From contig OZ234493.1 of NCBI GenBank assembly GCA_965153455.1, positions 34,214,213 through 34,278,212 on the forward strand: a DNA stretch of 64,000 nt, written 5' to 3'. Positions 1 through 12,648 of the stretch are shown piece after piece (within the stretch, counting starts at the first letter, position 1; every line of letters begins with the position of its first letter). Both the position numbers and the translations under genes were made by a program. This stretch comes from Sphagnum compactum. Taxonomy: Eukaryota. The notes under the pieces are model-generated. The model saw only the letters and a list, made by a program, of their open reading frames with translations. It did not search any database and had not been told where the DNA came from.

Positions 1-2551
1 ATTTTGAAAATAAAATTGCATTAAAAAAAATCCATTGTAGTTTTTTAATGCTTTTAAGTTTGAAATTCACAAAATAAAGTACGTAGTGGTTACTATTGTT
101 AATGGTATGTTTTAGTGTGATTGCACCATACCCAATATATCAAGTATAGAGGTTGTTAAAACAAAAAACAATGTTGAAAACATGGAGCTTAATTATTTAA
201 ATTAGTACATGTGGAGTGCAACCTAAATGCTATATTCTTGAAAAGGAAATAAGGCTAGTAAACCAGGTCATTGAACTAACAAAAATAAAAAGGGCCTACA
301 CATGAGCCTTAACCTAAAGAGCTTAATTCTATAAGTCAAATTCTTAAAACAATTCATTTTGTAAATTTGTTGTTGTTGTCCCATTTATTCATAAGGAGGA
401 CATGAGGGATATAAGGTCCATTAGTTGTTTACAACAAATCACATGTTGTCACATCTAATGAGTATTTTTTGCAATATGTAATAAAACATTTTGGACAAAA
501 AAATAGTTGAACAAATTAGAAAGCCAAAAAGGAAGGAAAGGGAGGAAATGAAAGCAAGGAGAGTAGTTGAATCCCTTAACTTAGTTGAATGAACAACTCA
601 ATGTATGGTTAAATGCAAGTAATAGTTGCCTTCAACAAGGTTTGGTCTATTGTAACCATTAGAGGTGCAAGGGATAGATTTCACAACTTTTAAATTAGTT
701 ACAAAGTTCATCTTATTGAATACAAAGGTGTCAACTTAGGCTTTAAAACACCACAATAGATAAAGGCTAAGGCTAGGGTTAGGGCTAGAATGCATGTGAA
801 GGACATGTTGTATAACAAGTTTACAACATGTAAGCAATGGATAAATTTCCAAAAACAAGAGGAAATCATGATTCAAGTTTAGGGTTTAAAACTTGGGGGT
901 TCAAACAAGAAGAGGTCAACTAGTTAAAAGCTTGAGAGAGGATGTAGTTTAAAACAATATTTTTTTAAAGAGAAGCTGAAGCTTATTAAAAATAGGCTTA
1001 AAGTTTAAAAAGAAGTTATAGCTTAGAGAGAGGTGTAAGTTTAAAAAGAAGCTATGGCTTAAAGAGAGGTGGAAGTTTGAAAAGGTGCCAACTTAGAGAA
1101 ATGTAGAAACTTTAAAAAATAAGCTACAACTAAGAAAATAATGGGAAGTTTAAAGAGAGGTTGTTGTAGCTTAAAGAGAGGCAATGATTAAAAAATTGGA
1201 GGGAAAAAAATGTAAAACTAGAATCAATGGGCCAAAAAAAAAATCGTTTGAAAGGGATTGATTTTGGAAAAAATATTTAGACAATTGGAAGGGTGTCACA
1301 TTTTAAAAGAAAGATGATGAAAAAGGAAAAACATCGTTTGAAAGGATTTGATGAGAAAATTAACCCAAGAGATATGGAAGGGATCTATAACATTTAAAGA
1401 GAGATTTAAAGAAAGGACTCAATGAGAAAAAAAATTTACCTAAGAAAGATGGAAGGGAGTTATAACATAGAGAAAGGTGATGAAAAAGGCTTAAAGGAAA
1501 AACTTGGTGAGAAAAAGAAAAACCCAAGATAGATGCAAGGGAGTCATAGTGTAAAAAGAGGTGGTGAAAAAGGCTTAGAGAGAAAACTTTGTGAAAAAAA
1601 AAATTAAACCAAGGCAGATGGAAGGGAGTTGCGGTGTAAAGAGAGGCGACAAGAGAGACAATGAGAAAAGACTTGTTGACAAAGAAAAAATAACCGAAGA
1701 AAGATGGAAAATAGTTGTAGTATAAAGAGAGTGATAAAAAAAAGGTTTGGTGAGGAAAAAAATTGGTGGGTGTTGATATATAAAGAAAAACAAATAAGGA
1801 AAGAAAAAGTGGTGGCTCTAAGTGGTGGGTCAAAGTGTACCAAAAAAAGACCAACAAAAACAATGTATTAGCTTCAAACATGTGACCGACTAGAAAGGGA
1901 TGAAAAGCTCAAAATCAGATTGTTGGTACTTGTAAGCATATTACAACAACAAGAAAGGCTATCATCACATTGTCACAAATGTTGATGAAGACAAATAAAA
2001 GTTATTCTATGTTACCAATAAACCCAAAACAAGTATGAGTTCAAGTTTGAAAAAAGAAGTGAACTAAAATTAAGCACAAGGGCAAAAGGACATAAAGGAA
2101 TAGATGATTATGACCACAAAGATGAAATCTTATAAAGAACATTGTTTCAGAAATTCTAGTAGCCAACAATTAGAACAAGAGATTGAAGAACCAAAGAAGA
2201 GAAGGATGAATGTCACTAGAAAGAAGTGGGACCTTGGGAAAATTTGAGGAAGACAAAAGTGGCAACACCTCCAATCAATTAATATTTTAGGTTTATTAAA
2301 ATATTTTTAGCCCATAACCATAAACTAATATATTTTTTCTCTTTTGACTTCAAATGTTGATGTAAGATGAACCTTTTTCCACATGAAATGATTTTATTTT
2401 TGCACAATCCATGTTGATCAAAGCTGAAATTATGTCTAATGTCCCACAAAAATTATTTGTGCACTAGGTGTAAGTTGTTTGTTCATTAGTGTTTATTATG
2501 TTTGGTGGGTTTTTTTTCAAGCTAAAAAAGGTCCCTTACATTGGGGTTGCA

Positions 2552-3353
2552 GGTGAAAGCACACTACAGTGACCCCTTTTGGGATGTCACATTGTATTGA
2601 TTTCCAAGGATGTGCATGTTTGAGTGTATCCCACCTCAAACTTTCAAAAGATTTTCACAATGTTTTTGCATGTAATGTTAAAATATAACTCAGGCAAGAT
2701 ATTAGAAAAAAAAACTATGTCATTTCATTTATAAAATGGGATATTAGAATATATTTGTGACAATGAATGTAATGTACTTGTGTAATCAAAAACACAAGTA
2801 AACTCCCAAAAACATTTAAATGATTTTTGGTCTTTATGAAAGTTGAAGGTATATTGAACCATGTCAATTCACATAATGTGAACCATGTTTGGATACCATA
2901 TGAATAATTTGTAAATTTTCATTTTAAAAAATGAATTTTTTTAGCAAATGTGGTAGATGTGTGGTAAATTGAAAATTTGATAAGAAATTACATCCACATA
3001 AAAAATGACAAGCATAACTAGATGTGCCATTTTTTTTATTTCATTAAAACTGGTTATTTTAATGATTAATGAAACCCTAAAGTTGGCGCACTCAGAATGA
3101 GACTATTGCCCTATTATATTAATGTATATTATAAATATATTCATGGATCCTTCAATAAAGATAATGAAATTTATTATTATTTAAAAAAAATACTACATAA
3201 CATTAATTTTGTAAAATTTTTGTTGTAAAGCCCAAAAACCAAAATTGATACTTGAAAGTAAATGTAGCAAACTTTTGAAACAATTATATTATATGTACTA
3301 TAATACTAGGATCAAAAATGCGCCAAAGGGGGTCACCATAGTGTGCTTTCACC
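2552..3353. mobile_element. Non-autonomous TIR element (about 800 bp)
   Basis: Terminal inverted repeats of about 25 bp: GGTGAAAGCACACTACAGTGACCCC at 2552 and GGGGTCACCATAGTGTGCTTTCACC ending at 3353 (2 mismatches). TTGC(A) lies on both flanks. The interior is AT-rich and non-coding. Confidence 0.7.
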
Positions 3354-5203
3354 CTTGCATATTTTCCTTAATTCTTGACCAAATTGAACAATTCAAATAG
3401 CCCTAGGTGTGCAAGGGGATGGGGAAGTTTTTTGGATATGAAGATTGGATAGGCAACTACATGGGTGTTAGGGGGCTATGAGTGCTTAATTGTTTAGTAA
3501 TAGGCTATTTTACCCTGGGTTATGAATTTTTTTACTAATGTTTTACATTTCAAGTTTGAACCAATGTTCCCCAAATATAAAGTTTTGATTCTCTTCCTAG
3601 GTTATTAATACGACATATTTTTTAAAGATTTTGAACAAAAGGATATACATAAAAAAAAATAATGTATTTGTAACAATGGATAGATATTCATCTTCATTTT
3701 ATTTTTCATTTGGTGGATATGGATTCGCCAATTTTCAATTTCAAACTAATTATAGCATATGTACAAAGGTTAGGGATACAATTTTGCTATTTGGAATTAG
3801 TTTTTGCAATCACATAGTTGCTTTACAAAAGCATAAATATTTTGCAAAACTAGTAATTTGTGGGGGAATTGAACTTGGTTCTTTAAATAACTCTACCCAA
3901 TACATCACAAGTTTTTTGCGCTAATCACACCTCACATACACCTCACCTAAAACACTAAGACATCCAACCCACACAACAAAATTGAAAGCCATATTGTTGA
4001 CGAGCTCCACAAGTAAAATCTACATGCACACAAAAACTAAGTTTTTTCAAGCGCAAATAGTCATTCATATTTGAAATTCCAACAATCTTAAAAAAATATA
4101 AATCAAAACAACAAAAAAGCCCCAAAACAACAAAGTACAAAAGGATGACAACACAAAAAACTTGCACAAAATTAAAAGGAGAAGGTTGAAAGTTGCAGTT
4201 GAAAGACCAAGATATTAAAAGCTATTGTAAAAACACTTAAAAAGTTGAGTGCACGTAAACATGATGTGAAAAACGCATAAATAAAAACACAATGTGAAAA
4301 ATGAAGACAAAAACTCAAAGACCAGAAACCACAATGCATATAAGAAACATAACATACCTCAAGTTAAAGACATTCAAGACTTGTCGAGATTATTTCAAAC
4401 ATTGCCAAAAATTACAAAGGTGTCAACATTTTGTCAATGAGAAAGTTCACAACAAGGACAAAAACACAGCAAAACCTTGCTGTTGCTTGAAAGAAACACA
4501 AAAAGAAATAAAAACCCTAAATCATAATCCAAGTTCCATATTTGAGATTTAAGTCTTAAGCACCAGAGAGGCAGGCATATGCATATGTATAACAACCCTA
4601 CTATCCATTTTTCGGCCCCTAAAAGCACTAGCATGCGTACATGGATAGCCAGCATGGGAATATACACAGTTAATAATTAATTGTTGCTTGAATGCCTTAC
4701 GCCGAACATGTATAATCCTGGATATTAAAAAAACAAGATTCTTATGGGATTCATATCCAGATTTTTCCATATGGATGGCCAACACGGGTTTGAACTTTGA
4801 ACTTACCATAAAGGGCAGAGTGATTACTAGATGAACTGCTTGATCTTCTCTACTGGTACCTAGAGCAACAATATCCATATTTTTCATATAAAAAAACAGT
4901 CAAAGGCCCCCCCCCAAGTCTCTACAATTAGAAAAAAAAAGGTTTTGGGATTAGGGAAATTTGAAAAGGAGTTTAGGGTTTACAAATTTTTTTGAAAAGT
5001 GTTTTAGGGTTCATGAATGACTCAAAAGGATAAGTAGGGAAAATTCATTGCAGAAATGAATAATTTTTGGACTCTAGATATACAATGAAATATTTGTAAG
5101 AACAATATATCAAATGAAACATGACATATCCAATTGCTAAAACTTGGGGGTCCTGAAAAACTAACTGCTTGTGAGCATGATCATTGAAGGGCCGCATTGG
5201 AAA

Positions 5204-5919
5204 CAGTAGATATTTTTCCCTTGGCGAAATTTTGAATATTTTTTCTCCAAAGCAAAGCCTAAAGATCAGTGTTTGTTAAGGCGTGTGATTGCCAAATGTC
5301 CTATTCTGAACCAAATTTGGCTGGCTAAACAATATGTGTGTTTTTTTATTTTGTATTTGGGTTGCCAAATTTCTGATTTTTTAATTTTCGTTTTTTGAAA
5401 ATAGCCAGTCTATTTCTCTACCGGGTTCTAGCAATGTAGTCAAAAAATGTGAAGGATACTTAGGTCGACTTTAGACAAGGGTCCCAGGTCCAGGGACCAA
5501 TGAATTCAAGCAATCTTATTGGTCGAAAGCTTTAAATTGTTCCCAAGGCCTTTAGTCAAAGGTTGAAGAAGACCAAAAAGTGGCAAAGTGAGGCTAAACC
5601 TACATGGCACCTGTTTTGAAGGGAAAATCAATTGGTTCCGACCAAAAAACACTGCTAAAAGGAGAGCTGCTGATTTGGAGAACCAAGAGTCAGGCTAGGG
5701 ACCAAGGTACAGTCCAACTCAAGGATTCAATTTGCTTCAAATCAGTCCAAATTGGTTCCTAGGAAATTGGACTCTGGACCCTTGTCTAAAGTGGGCCTTA
5801 AGCATGTTTACTTTCATATCCCTTTCATACCCAAATTTGGCTAAACTGTCTTATGGATGATTACCACTTCAACTACCTACTCACAAAAGAGAAAAAAAGA
5901 AAGAAAAAACAAAGCAATG
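5204..5919 (+). mobile_element. Copy of the abundant CAG...CTG-ended (hAT-like) non-autonomous family, interrupted by a MITE
   Basis: Shares the blocks 'ggcgaaatttt', 'gaaggat' and 'ccaaatttggctaaa...tatggatgat..ccacttca.cta..tcacaaaa' with the copies at 15484-16430, 20913-21210 and 30522-30812. Split by the 5463-5797 insertion. Confidence 0.6.
5463..5797 (+). mobile_element. PIF/Harbinger (Tourist-like) MITE family A, copy 1
   Basis: TIR GGTCGACTTTAGACAAGGGTCC / GGACCCTTGTCTAAAGTGGGCC with a TTA target-site duplication on both sides. Aligns end to end with 7802-8133 and 12315-12648. Confidence 0.9.
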
Positions 5920-5926
5920 ATTTGAT

Positions 5927-6200
5927 GTCAACTTGAAGTCATTCCATGTATAAAATGTTGACAAGTACAAACTCTACTACTTTCTCACTTTGATTCAATA
6001 TCAAAGTCAACTGGAATTCATTCGATGTCTCGGAAAATGTCGACTAGAGAATTTACTACTTTCGCTGAATTCGGAATGCAACTCGAATCCATTCCATGTC
6101 AAAAATGTTGGGTAGTAAAAATTTACTACTACTTTTGCTCAATTCGAAGTCAACTCCAATGCTTCATTTGCAATGTCTAGAATTGAATTCGACTTGCAGG
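5927..6200. repeat. Degenerate tandem repeat, unit about 72 bp, about 3.5 copies
   Basis: Units start near 5927, 6006, 6078 and 6149. Consensus is roughly GTCAACTCGAATTCATTCCATGTC..AAAATGTYGACTAGTAGAATTTACTACTTT.GCT.AATTCGAA. Confidence 0.75.
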
Positions 6201-6400
6201 AATTTAGCAATGATTTTGTTGAATCATTTTTGCTGTAAAGGTCAAAATTGTGTGCCCGCCTAAAAATTGAGTACGCGGAGCCTGGCTGGAGAAGAAGATC
6301 CAGATCCTGATGAGCTCCAGGAGAATCTCATCCTCTGGTGGCTACAGAAAGATTTTGAGCTTGAATTTTGGGCAGTGATCCCTAGATGCAGAGCTCATGT

Positions 6401-7105
6401 TTATCCTCTATAGCTCCACAAGGAAATTGGCTCCACAAATGAGTCGTCTTCGTCATCAGAATCGTCCTGTCTCGGAGTGTGAGACGGGAAAATGACGCTG
6501 TTCACCCATTCACGCTCGTATAGGTCGTCGAAAATTTGCTGCCCGGCCGCCGCACTGCTACTCCAGGCGCTGTAACTGCTGTTGTTGGAGTAGTTTCCAT
6601 ACGAAGGAATTGTGGCTGGCGATGCTATGTGGTATTGTTGCTGCACGGAATCCGCGGCTTGATGTGACCACGACGGTCCCGTGTATGTGATGTCTTCCAG
6701 CTCTTCTTCTTCTTCTTCTTCATCGCCGCTGTCGGACGTGGTGGATGTCGGGGAAAGGAACTCGCTGTAACTGAAGGGACGTCCGACGCATGCAGCAGCT
6801 GACGCGACAGCGGCTGCCTGGATTTCGTGCCTGGAGTAGCGACCGGGCGTTCCGCTAGGGATAGTAGGGTTATGGTGGGGGAAATTGGGCTGCGAATTGG
6901 GACCTCTAATGCACACCACGGCTGCGTCATAAGCGTGCGCCGCTTCTTCAGCCGATCGGAATGAGCCCAACCAAATACGAGATCGCGTGATTGGGTCTCT
7001 GATCTCCGACACCCATTTCCCCCATCGCCGCATGCGTACGCCTCGGTACTGGCGCGCCGGCTGTGAGCGAGCCCCATTTCTCTGGTACGACTGCCTCCCG
7101 GACAT
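6401..7105 (-). CDS. AP2/ERF transcription factor, DREB-type (group II/III-like), intronless, 234 aa
   Basis: AP2 domain [19 protein letters not shown]...RIWLGSF...AAHAYDAA...NFP, followed by the IQAAA alanine tract, an acidic region and a C-terminal LWSY motif. Confidence 0.95.
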   Translation of the reverse strand: MSGRQSYQRNGARSQPARQYRGVRMRRWGKWVSEIRDPITRSRIWLGSFRSAEEAAHAYDAAVVCIRGPNSQPNFPHHNPTIPSGTPGRYSRHEIQAAAVASAAACVGRPFSYSEFLSPTSTTSDSGDEEEEEEELEDITYTGPSWSHQAADSVQQQYHIASPATIPSYGNYSNNSSYSAWSSSAAAGQQIFDDLYEREWVNSVIFPSHTPRQDDSDDEDDSFVEPISLWSYRG

Positions 7106-7320
7106 GATGTCGATAAATTCTCGAGTACAATCAAATACTAGGTTTTTGCGGACTGATCTGAGCTTGCTGATGAACCTTCAGGTCGTGAGTTATGAAGTTA
7201 TCTAAAGTGCGGATTGAGCACTGAGAGATCACGACTGATCCACTCACAGACAGAAATGTCTATGCAAATCCTCATGGAGGAAAGCGAGGGCGATGGCGTT
7301 GTTATAGCTGACGACCAGCG

Positions 7321-7408
7321 CTTCGCGCGCACACGCAAATCCGCATACCGAACTTCGCGACAAGTGCCTCTTCCGCGCACACGCAAATCCAGACTCCGAA
7401 CTTCGCGA
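7321..7408. repeat. Two-copy direct repeat (about 40 bp) upstream of the first ERF gene
   Basis: CTTCGCGCGCACACGCAAATCCGCATACCGAACTTCGCGA at 7321 and CTTCCGCGCACACGCAAATCCAGACTCCGAACTTCGCGA at 7370. Confidence 0.85.
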
Positions 7409-7483
7409 GTCTGCAGCAGCAGAGAGAGGGGGAGGGAGAGACAAAGAGCGAGCAGGGCGGTTCCCGGAGCCATAGGACTGGTT

Positions 7484-7606
7484 GCCACGTGTCATAAAAC
7501 GTGCGTAATTTTTCTTTCAACGCTGCAACTGCGGGGCCCAGTTGCCTTCATTATTTTGCTCACGTTTTTATTTCGCGTGAAGGGTCCAGATGTGGTGTGA
7601 CGTGTC
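7484..7606. promoter_or_regulatory. ABRE/G-box cluster upstream of the first ERF gene
   Basis: GCCACGTGTC at 7484-7493, TGACGTGTC at 7598-7606, further ACGT cores near 7499 and 7562, and CGCGTG at 7574. These lie about 380-500 bp 5' of the ATG. Confidence 0.55.
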
Positions 7607-7801
7607 CCAATAGGAACGGTTGATGCTTTTCAGGGAGAATAATGTGTGAGGGTCTTCCCCCCGCTCCCACTCCCCTTCAATGGAGGCCCCTTCCCTTCCT
7701 TTTTTGGAAATGATAATTTGGGGGCAGAGTGTAGACCATGGGATTTAGGGGTTTAGAACCTTTTTGTTTTCTGGGACATGAGAAGGGTTTTTCCATATTA
7801 A

Positions 7802-8133
7802 GGGCGACTTAAGACGAGGGTCCAAGGTCCAGGGACCAATGAATTCAAGCAATCTTATTGGTCGAAAGCTTTAAATTGGTCCCAAGGCCTTTAGACGAGG
7901 GTCCAAGACCAAAAAGTGGCAAATTGAGGCTAAACTTATATGGCACCTATTTTGGAGGGAAAATCAATTGGTTCGGACCAAAAAAGAGTGCTAAAAGGAG
8001 AGCTTCTGATTTGGAGAACCAAGAATCAGGCTAGGGACCAAGGTACAGTTCAACTCAAGGATTCAATTTGCTTCAAATCAGTACAAATTGGTTCCTAGGA
8101 AATTGGACCCTGGACCCTCATCTAAAGTAGGCC
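7802..8133 (+). mobile_element. PIF/Harbinger MITE family A, copy 2
   Basis: TIR GGGCGACTTAAGACGAGGGTCC / GGACCCTCATCTAAAGTAGGCC with a TAA TSD on both sides. Confidence 0.9.
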
Positions 8134-8776
8134 TAATAATAGTTACACATGATTTGTGTGTGTGATCACTACAAGAACCAGGGATAATTAACTTAGGGCA
8201 ACAGGGCAAAATTTTAGAAAAATAAAACTTTTCAACTCTGGGAAGAGATCTAACTCAACAAGTGCCCATGCTCTAAGGGCTAAGCCCAGGCCCAAAATGG
8301 TGACAAACAGTTCTAGCAATGTAAATTTCAGGGAGCAGATAAAAGGGCTCAACATGTACTACTCTGTAGAGGGTTCTTTTGGGGGCAAGGGGGCTGTTGA
8401 GATTTTTTGGGGTTTTGTGTTCTCACCATGTTCTCAATGTGTTCCCACGAGGTCTCCAATGTTTCCCGATGGTGTTCTTAATCAATATGTTCTCAAAGTT
8501 CTCATATGTGTTCCTGAATCTGTTCCCAATAGCACCGTACTTTATCCCATATCTCTTGTCTAAGAGTGTACCCTTGTGACCTATATTGCTAGATCCAAGG
8601 AAGGGTTTAGAGAAATACTCACACTATTAACCTGGATGTTCATAGCCAGAGTATTATTTGGTTTTAGGGCAAATAAAAAAGAGGCCGGCCCATAACCCAA
8701 AAGAAGAACTTCGGAACGAACTCTCACAACTAATGAATACAACTAACAATAGGTAACCATGGAATGACAAACAATA

Positions 8777-9068
8777 ACAAGGGGTGCGTCAAACTGTGGC
8801 CTTGCCACTTACATTAAATAGTATCTTAAGGCAAAAGAAGAATAATGGAAACTCAAATATTTCACCATGCAAAAATATAATCTTCAAAAAATCCTCTAAA
8901 AGAAACCCAAACCCTTCAAAATATATTATAACCCTAAAATTAATCTCAAGTTTCAACACAAGCCAAAATATCATCTTTCAAAAATCCTCATATAAATATA
9001 GACCTATTGCCTAGGGGCCTATAAAAATCCCTTAAGCTACTATACTATATGATGAATTTAAACAAAAT
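8777..9068. repeat. Dispersed repeat, paired with 22176-22512
   Basis: Begins AACAAGGGGTGCGTCAAACTGTGGCCTTGCCACTTACATTAAA and aligns over about 290 bp with 22176-22512 in the same orientation. Confidence 0.85.
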
Positions 9069-10697
9069 ATCCTTGCCTTGGTGGGCAAGACCAACAAAGC
9101 AATTTGTCAAGGTTTACTTGGGTGACTCATTTGGATTCACTTGGGCGTACCATGCCTATGGGGGTTACATTCCAATAAGGCATTTCCAATCAGTGGCACT
9201 TACTTCTCCCATTGTTTTGGGTCACGTATTGTCACCATAACATACTTTTAGAAACATTGTACCTTATGGGAAGTACCCAGCCGATTGAATCGGTTAATTG
9301 AATCATGAGTGCCCAACCACAGAGAGAAAGAAAAGACAAAATCCTTTAGTTCAGTTAGACATGTATAATACTGTAGTTAGTACCTTGGCCATTTCAACAC
9401 ATGTCCTCCGTCGAATGAATAAATTAATTAATTTTGGAAAATTCATTTCAACAAATGGAATATTCTTAAATACTCAACATTATATATCCTTCACAATATA
9501 TTTTTGTATTTGGAAGAAATAGTTTTTGAAAATTCCAACATTTCTGAGATCAATAAATATAATTAGTGTTGAATTGGCCAAGGTACTAGGGTAATGTCAG
9601 AAACACATGGTATTTGAGATCCCTCTTGCCCCCCATGTAGTCAGGCCCTTTGTGGGCTTCCACACCTTCACATGAACATATGCAGGGAAAAAAGACCATG
9701 GAGATTTAGAAAGAGTTTTTAGAAGGACTTTGAACAAGGCCTGGTGTAAAGACCTCTCTGGGTACACTAAAGAAATCAGAGGAGGTCTTTACGCTTGTGT
9801 TGGGGCACCCGGGTGTGCACCCACAAGATTCCCCCTTGAATTGGCTTCTTGTCTAGTAGGGCAAGGCCTGGTGGTCCTGAGGGCCTCTCTTAGTCTGAGG
9901 CCTTTAGGTGCAGGCCCCGAAATTAGGGGAGGCCCAATGAAGTAGGCCCTTTCCGATGTAATGTACCTAAAGGTTTTGGACCCTGCCCTGCATGTCAATG
10001 GTGGAAGGTCTCTTTGATTGATGAATGAATCTTTAATGGGGCCAGCCCGTTTTCAAAATACAAAGAAAAAAATTGCAGTAGTATTTTACATTCATTACAA
10101 ACTGATGATGGATGGCTGTGACGGATCTAGACACAGGGCCCTTAAGGTCCTTTCCTTCCACAAGATTGGGCAAGGATTATGCATTCAATTGACTACTACG
10201 CTTTAATTAATAGAACTAGCTTGGAATTCATGCATACAAATAAGTGACTCCCAAACATACTTCTAGAACATACCTACTAACTTAGAACTAGATTACGCAA
10301 CTAAGTGCTTTGAATTTTTAAAGATCTAAAAGTAAGGGAGACAAATGATTTGATATTCCACTTATTTCAAAGATCTACTCCATTGTTATGCATATCATTT
10401 CTAATTCTTTCATGTGAAATTTGGAATTTAATTGTGTTCTCAATATCATGCAAATGAGGAGAGATTTTGCTTTTGTTAGATGTAAAGCAATGGAGGTAAT
10501 TTTGAAGTGCAATTCTGTTTAAACGTATGTGAAATTCATCATGTAAATAGCATGACATAGACCTCATATATTTTACAGCTTAATTTTGTGGAGGAACGAA
10601 CATATGTAGATGGCCTCAAGAGGTGTTGATCAAGTAATTGCCCTTTGGTTTTGAGGATTGCTAAATTTTCTTCCATTAGTTACAAGGATTAACCCAC

Positions 10698-11116
10698 CTT
10701 TGTTGGGCACAACTTTTAAGGCCAGCCAGCAGATATCATTTCAAATGTTGCCTTATCTTGCCCAAGTTTGATTGCATTTCCACCACGAGGTGGAAGGTTT
10801 TGCCTGAAAGCTGATAAACGTGTTTTGCAATGAGGGGAAACAAGTTGGAAATGGCAAGCAACAACCTGACAACACTGCAATTTACTTTTTTAAGCTTCTT
10901 GCCAAGGAAGGGGCAACAGGGACCTGCAAAAAGCAAGTTCATTTCAGGAGAAAAGAGTGCAACAGACACCCACATAAAGACAAGATTGGAATGGGCCAGA
11001 GTGAAGCATGACTCACCTGTACACCAGATGGATGGTACGTGGAAAGCAAACACATTTTCATTCAAGTTATCCGTAAAGTCATCCTCTCTTTCAACCCCTG
11101 TCCCCTCTGCTTTCAC
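10698..11116 (-). pseudogene. Relic of an unidentified spliced gene (three exon-like segments)
   Basis: Minus-strand introns 11016-10924 (GTGAGT...TTGCAG, 93 bp) and 10885-10811 (GTAAAT...ATCAG, 75 bp), plus a donor GTGGGT after 10698. The spliced frame reads ...EREDDFTDNLNENVFAFHVPSIWCTGPCCPFLGKKLKKLSGKTFHLVVEMQSNLGKIRQHLK*YLLAGLKSCAQQ, with one TGA. Confidence 0.35.
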
Positions 11117-12314
11117 CCTCTTTCAGTGGTATCCACAGAGTAAGGAAATTTTTATGAAATCTCGGAATGAAATGCTGAAACTCAGCATTCAATGCACAAG
11201 ATTTGAGAGTAATTGTAGTAGTTGTACAGGTAGGAACAGTGAAAATATATGTAGCAGCAGTGGAGGCGAGCAGGAAAAAGGAAAGAGGGGATGAAACTCA
11301 TTTTACCACCAAAGTTGGTGGAAAAACTAGTTTGGGTCCCAGATATTTCGTTTCCTAAAATTTCATTCGCAGTTACACATTTGATGGCCTATCATGCCGA
11401 AACTGACCGTTCTCGCCCCCTAATCGCCTGACTTTACTGATAACTTTATTATATTAATATCCCTTAGCTAACGAACCATGGTTCTTTATGTAATAACCAT
11501 CCACATGTATCTACCTATCTAGTAACCACCAAATTACCTTACCTACTTATCTACCTAGAAAGGAACCACTTACATTGGTAGTGTGAGGTTGAAGTAGGAA
11601 GGTTACAACATAGAAATTTCCAAGCCCCTCAAAATGCTCTTTCTCTATGGTCCTTAGGTAGATTCAATTTTGTGAAGAATAATACAAAAGGAAGGCCAGC
11701 ATAATTAAACACTGTAAGCAATCAAATTTGAGCTATGAACCACCTTAGATGTATGTTCAGTTGTCTCACTGCCTACATGCATGTTCTATTCCTAGACATG
11801 GTTACCACCATTTTTTTTCCTCAATTATTACCCCTTTTACAAAGCACACAACTTATTGAACTCCTCCAATTGTTATCATGAAGCAAAAAAGGTCAACCCA
11901 ATTGAAAGTCTCTTTGCACCATTTCATCTCGTGAAAATATGAGCATTCCAACTAGGGTACAATAGCTTATGACCATTCGCTTAGTGTCCTCCAGTTTATA
12001 ATGGGGGTATTAGTCTAGGTTGAAAATGGGTGACAAACTATTTCGGGACTAGAAATTTCATGCAACCAATGAAGAGGCTCAGGGAGCCTTAGTTTTTTTC
12101 TTTTGGGTTTTGGAGAGGGGATATTTATTGTTTTTTGGTCCCAACGTGTTCCTCAAGGTCCCAATATGTTCCCTAAGACATTCCCAAGGGCACTTCTTTA
12201 TTTCTCACATATTGTTTCATCATGTTTCAATTTCCATGTATTTAAGTTGTAACATGGGTGCCCAAGGGAAGATGACAAAACATGCTTCTATTTTGGGGGA
12301 GGGGAGCATATTTA

Positions 12315-12648
12315 GGCCCAAGTTAGATGAGGGTCCAGGGTCCAATTTCTTAGGAACCAATTTGGACTAATTTGAAGCAGATCGAATCCTTGAATTGGAC
12401 TGTACCTTGGTCCCCTTGCCTGATTCTTGGTTCTCCAAATCAGGAGCTCTCCTTTTAGCACTGTTTTTCGGTCTGAACCAATTTGATTTTTCCTCCAAAA
12501 CAGGTGCCATATAAGTTTAGCCTTAATTTGCCACTTTTTGGTCTTGAACCCTCGTCTAAAGGCCTTGGGACCAATTTAAAACTTTCGACCAATAAGATTG
12601 CTTGAATTCATTGGTCCCTGGACCTTGGGCCCTCATCTAAAGTCGCCC
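12315..12648 (-). mobile_element. PIF/Harbinger MITE family A, copy 3 (inverted)
   Basis: Reverse complement of copies 1 and 2, with ends GGCCCAAGTTAGATGAGGGTCC / GGGCCCTCATCTAAAGTCGCCC and a TTA TSD. Confidence 0.9.

Noticed and set aside
1360..1881. 173-aa Phe/Leu/Ser-rich ORF
   Set aside because: It is the antisense reading of a purine-rich degenerate repeat. There is no domain, and the opposite strand is full of stops; probably decayed TE sequence.
6625..7134. Long alternative-frame ORFs overlapping the ERF genes (also 17088-17540)
   Set aside because: Shadow ORFs expected in GC-rich coding DNA, with no recognisable motifs; 6625-7134 also lacks an ATG start.
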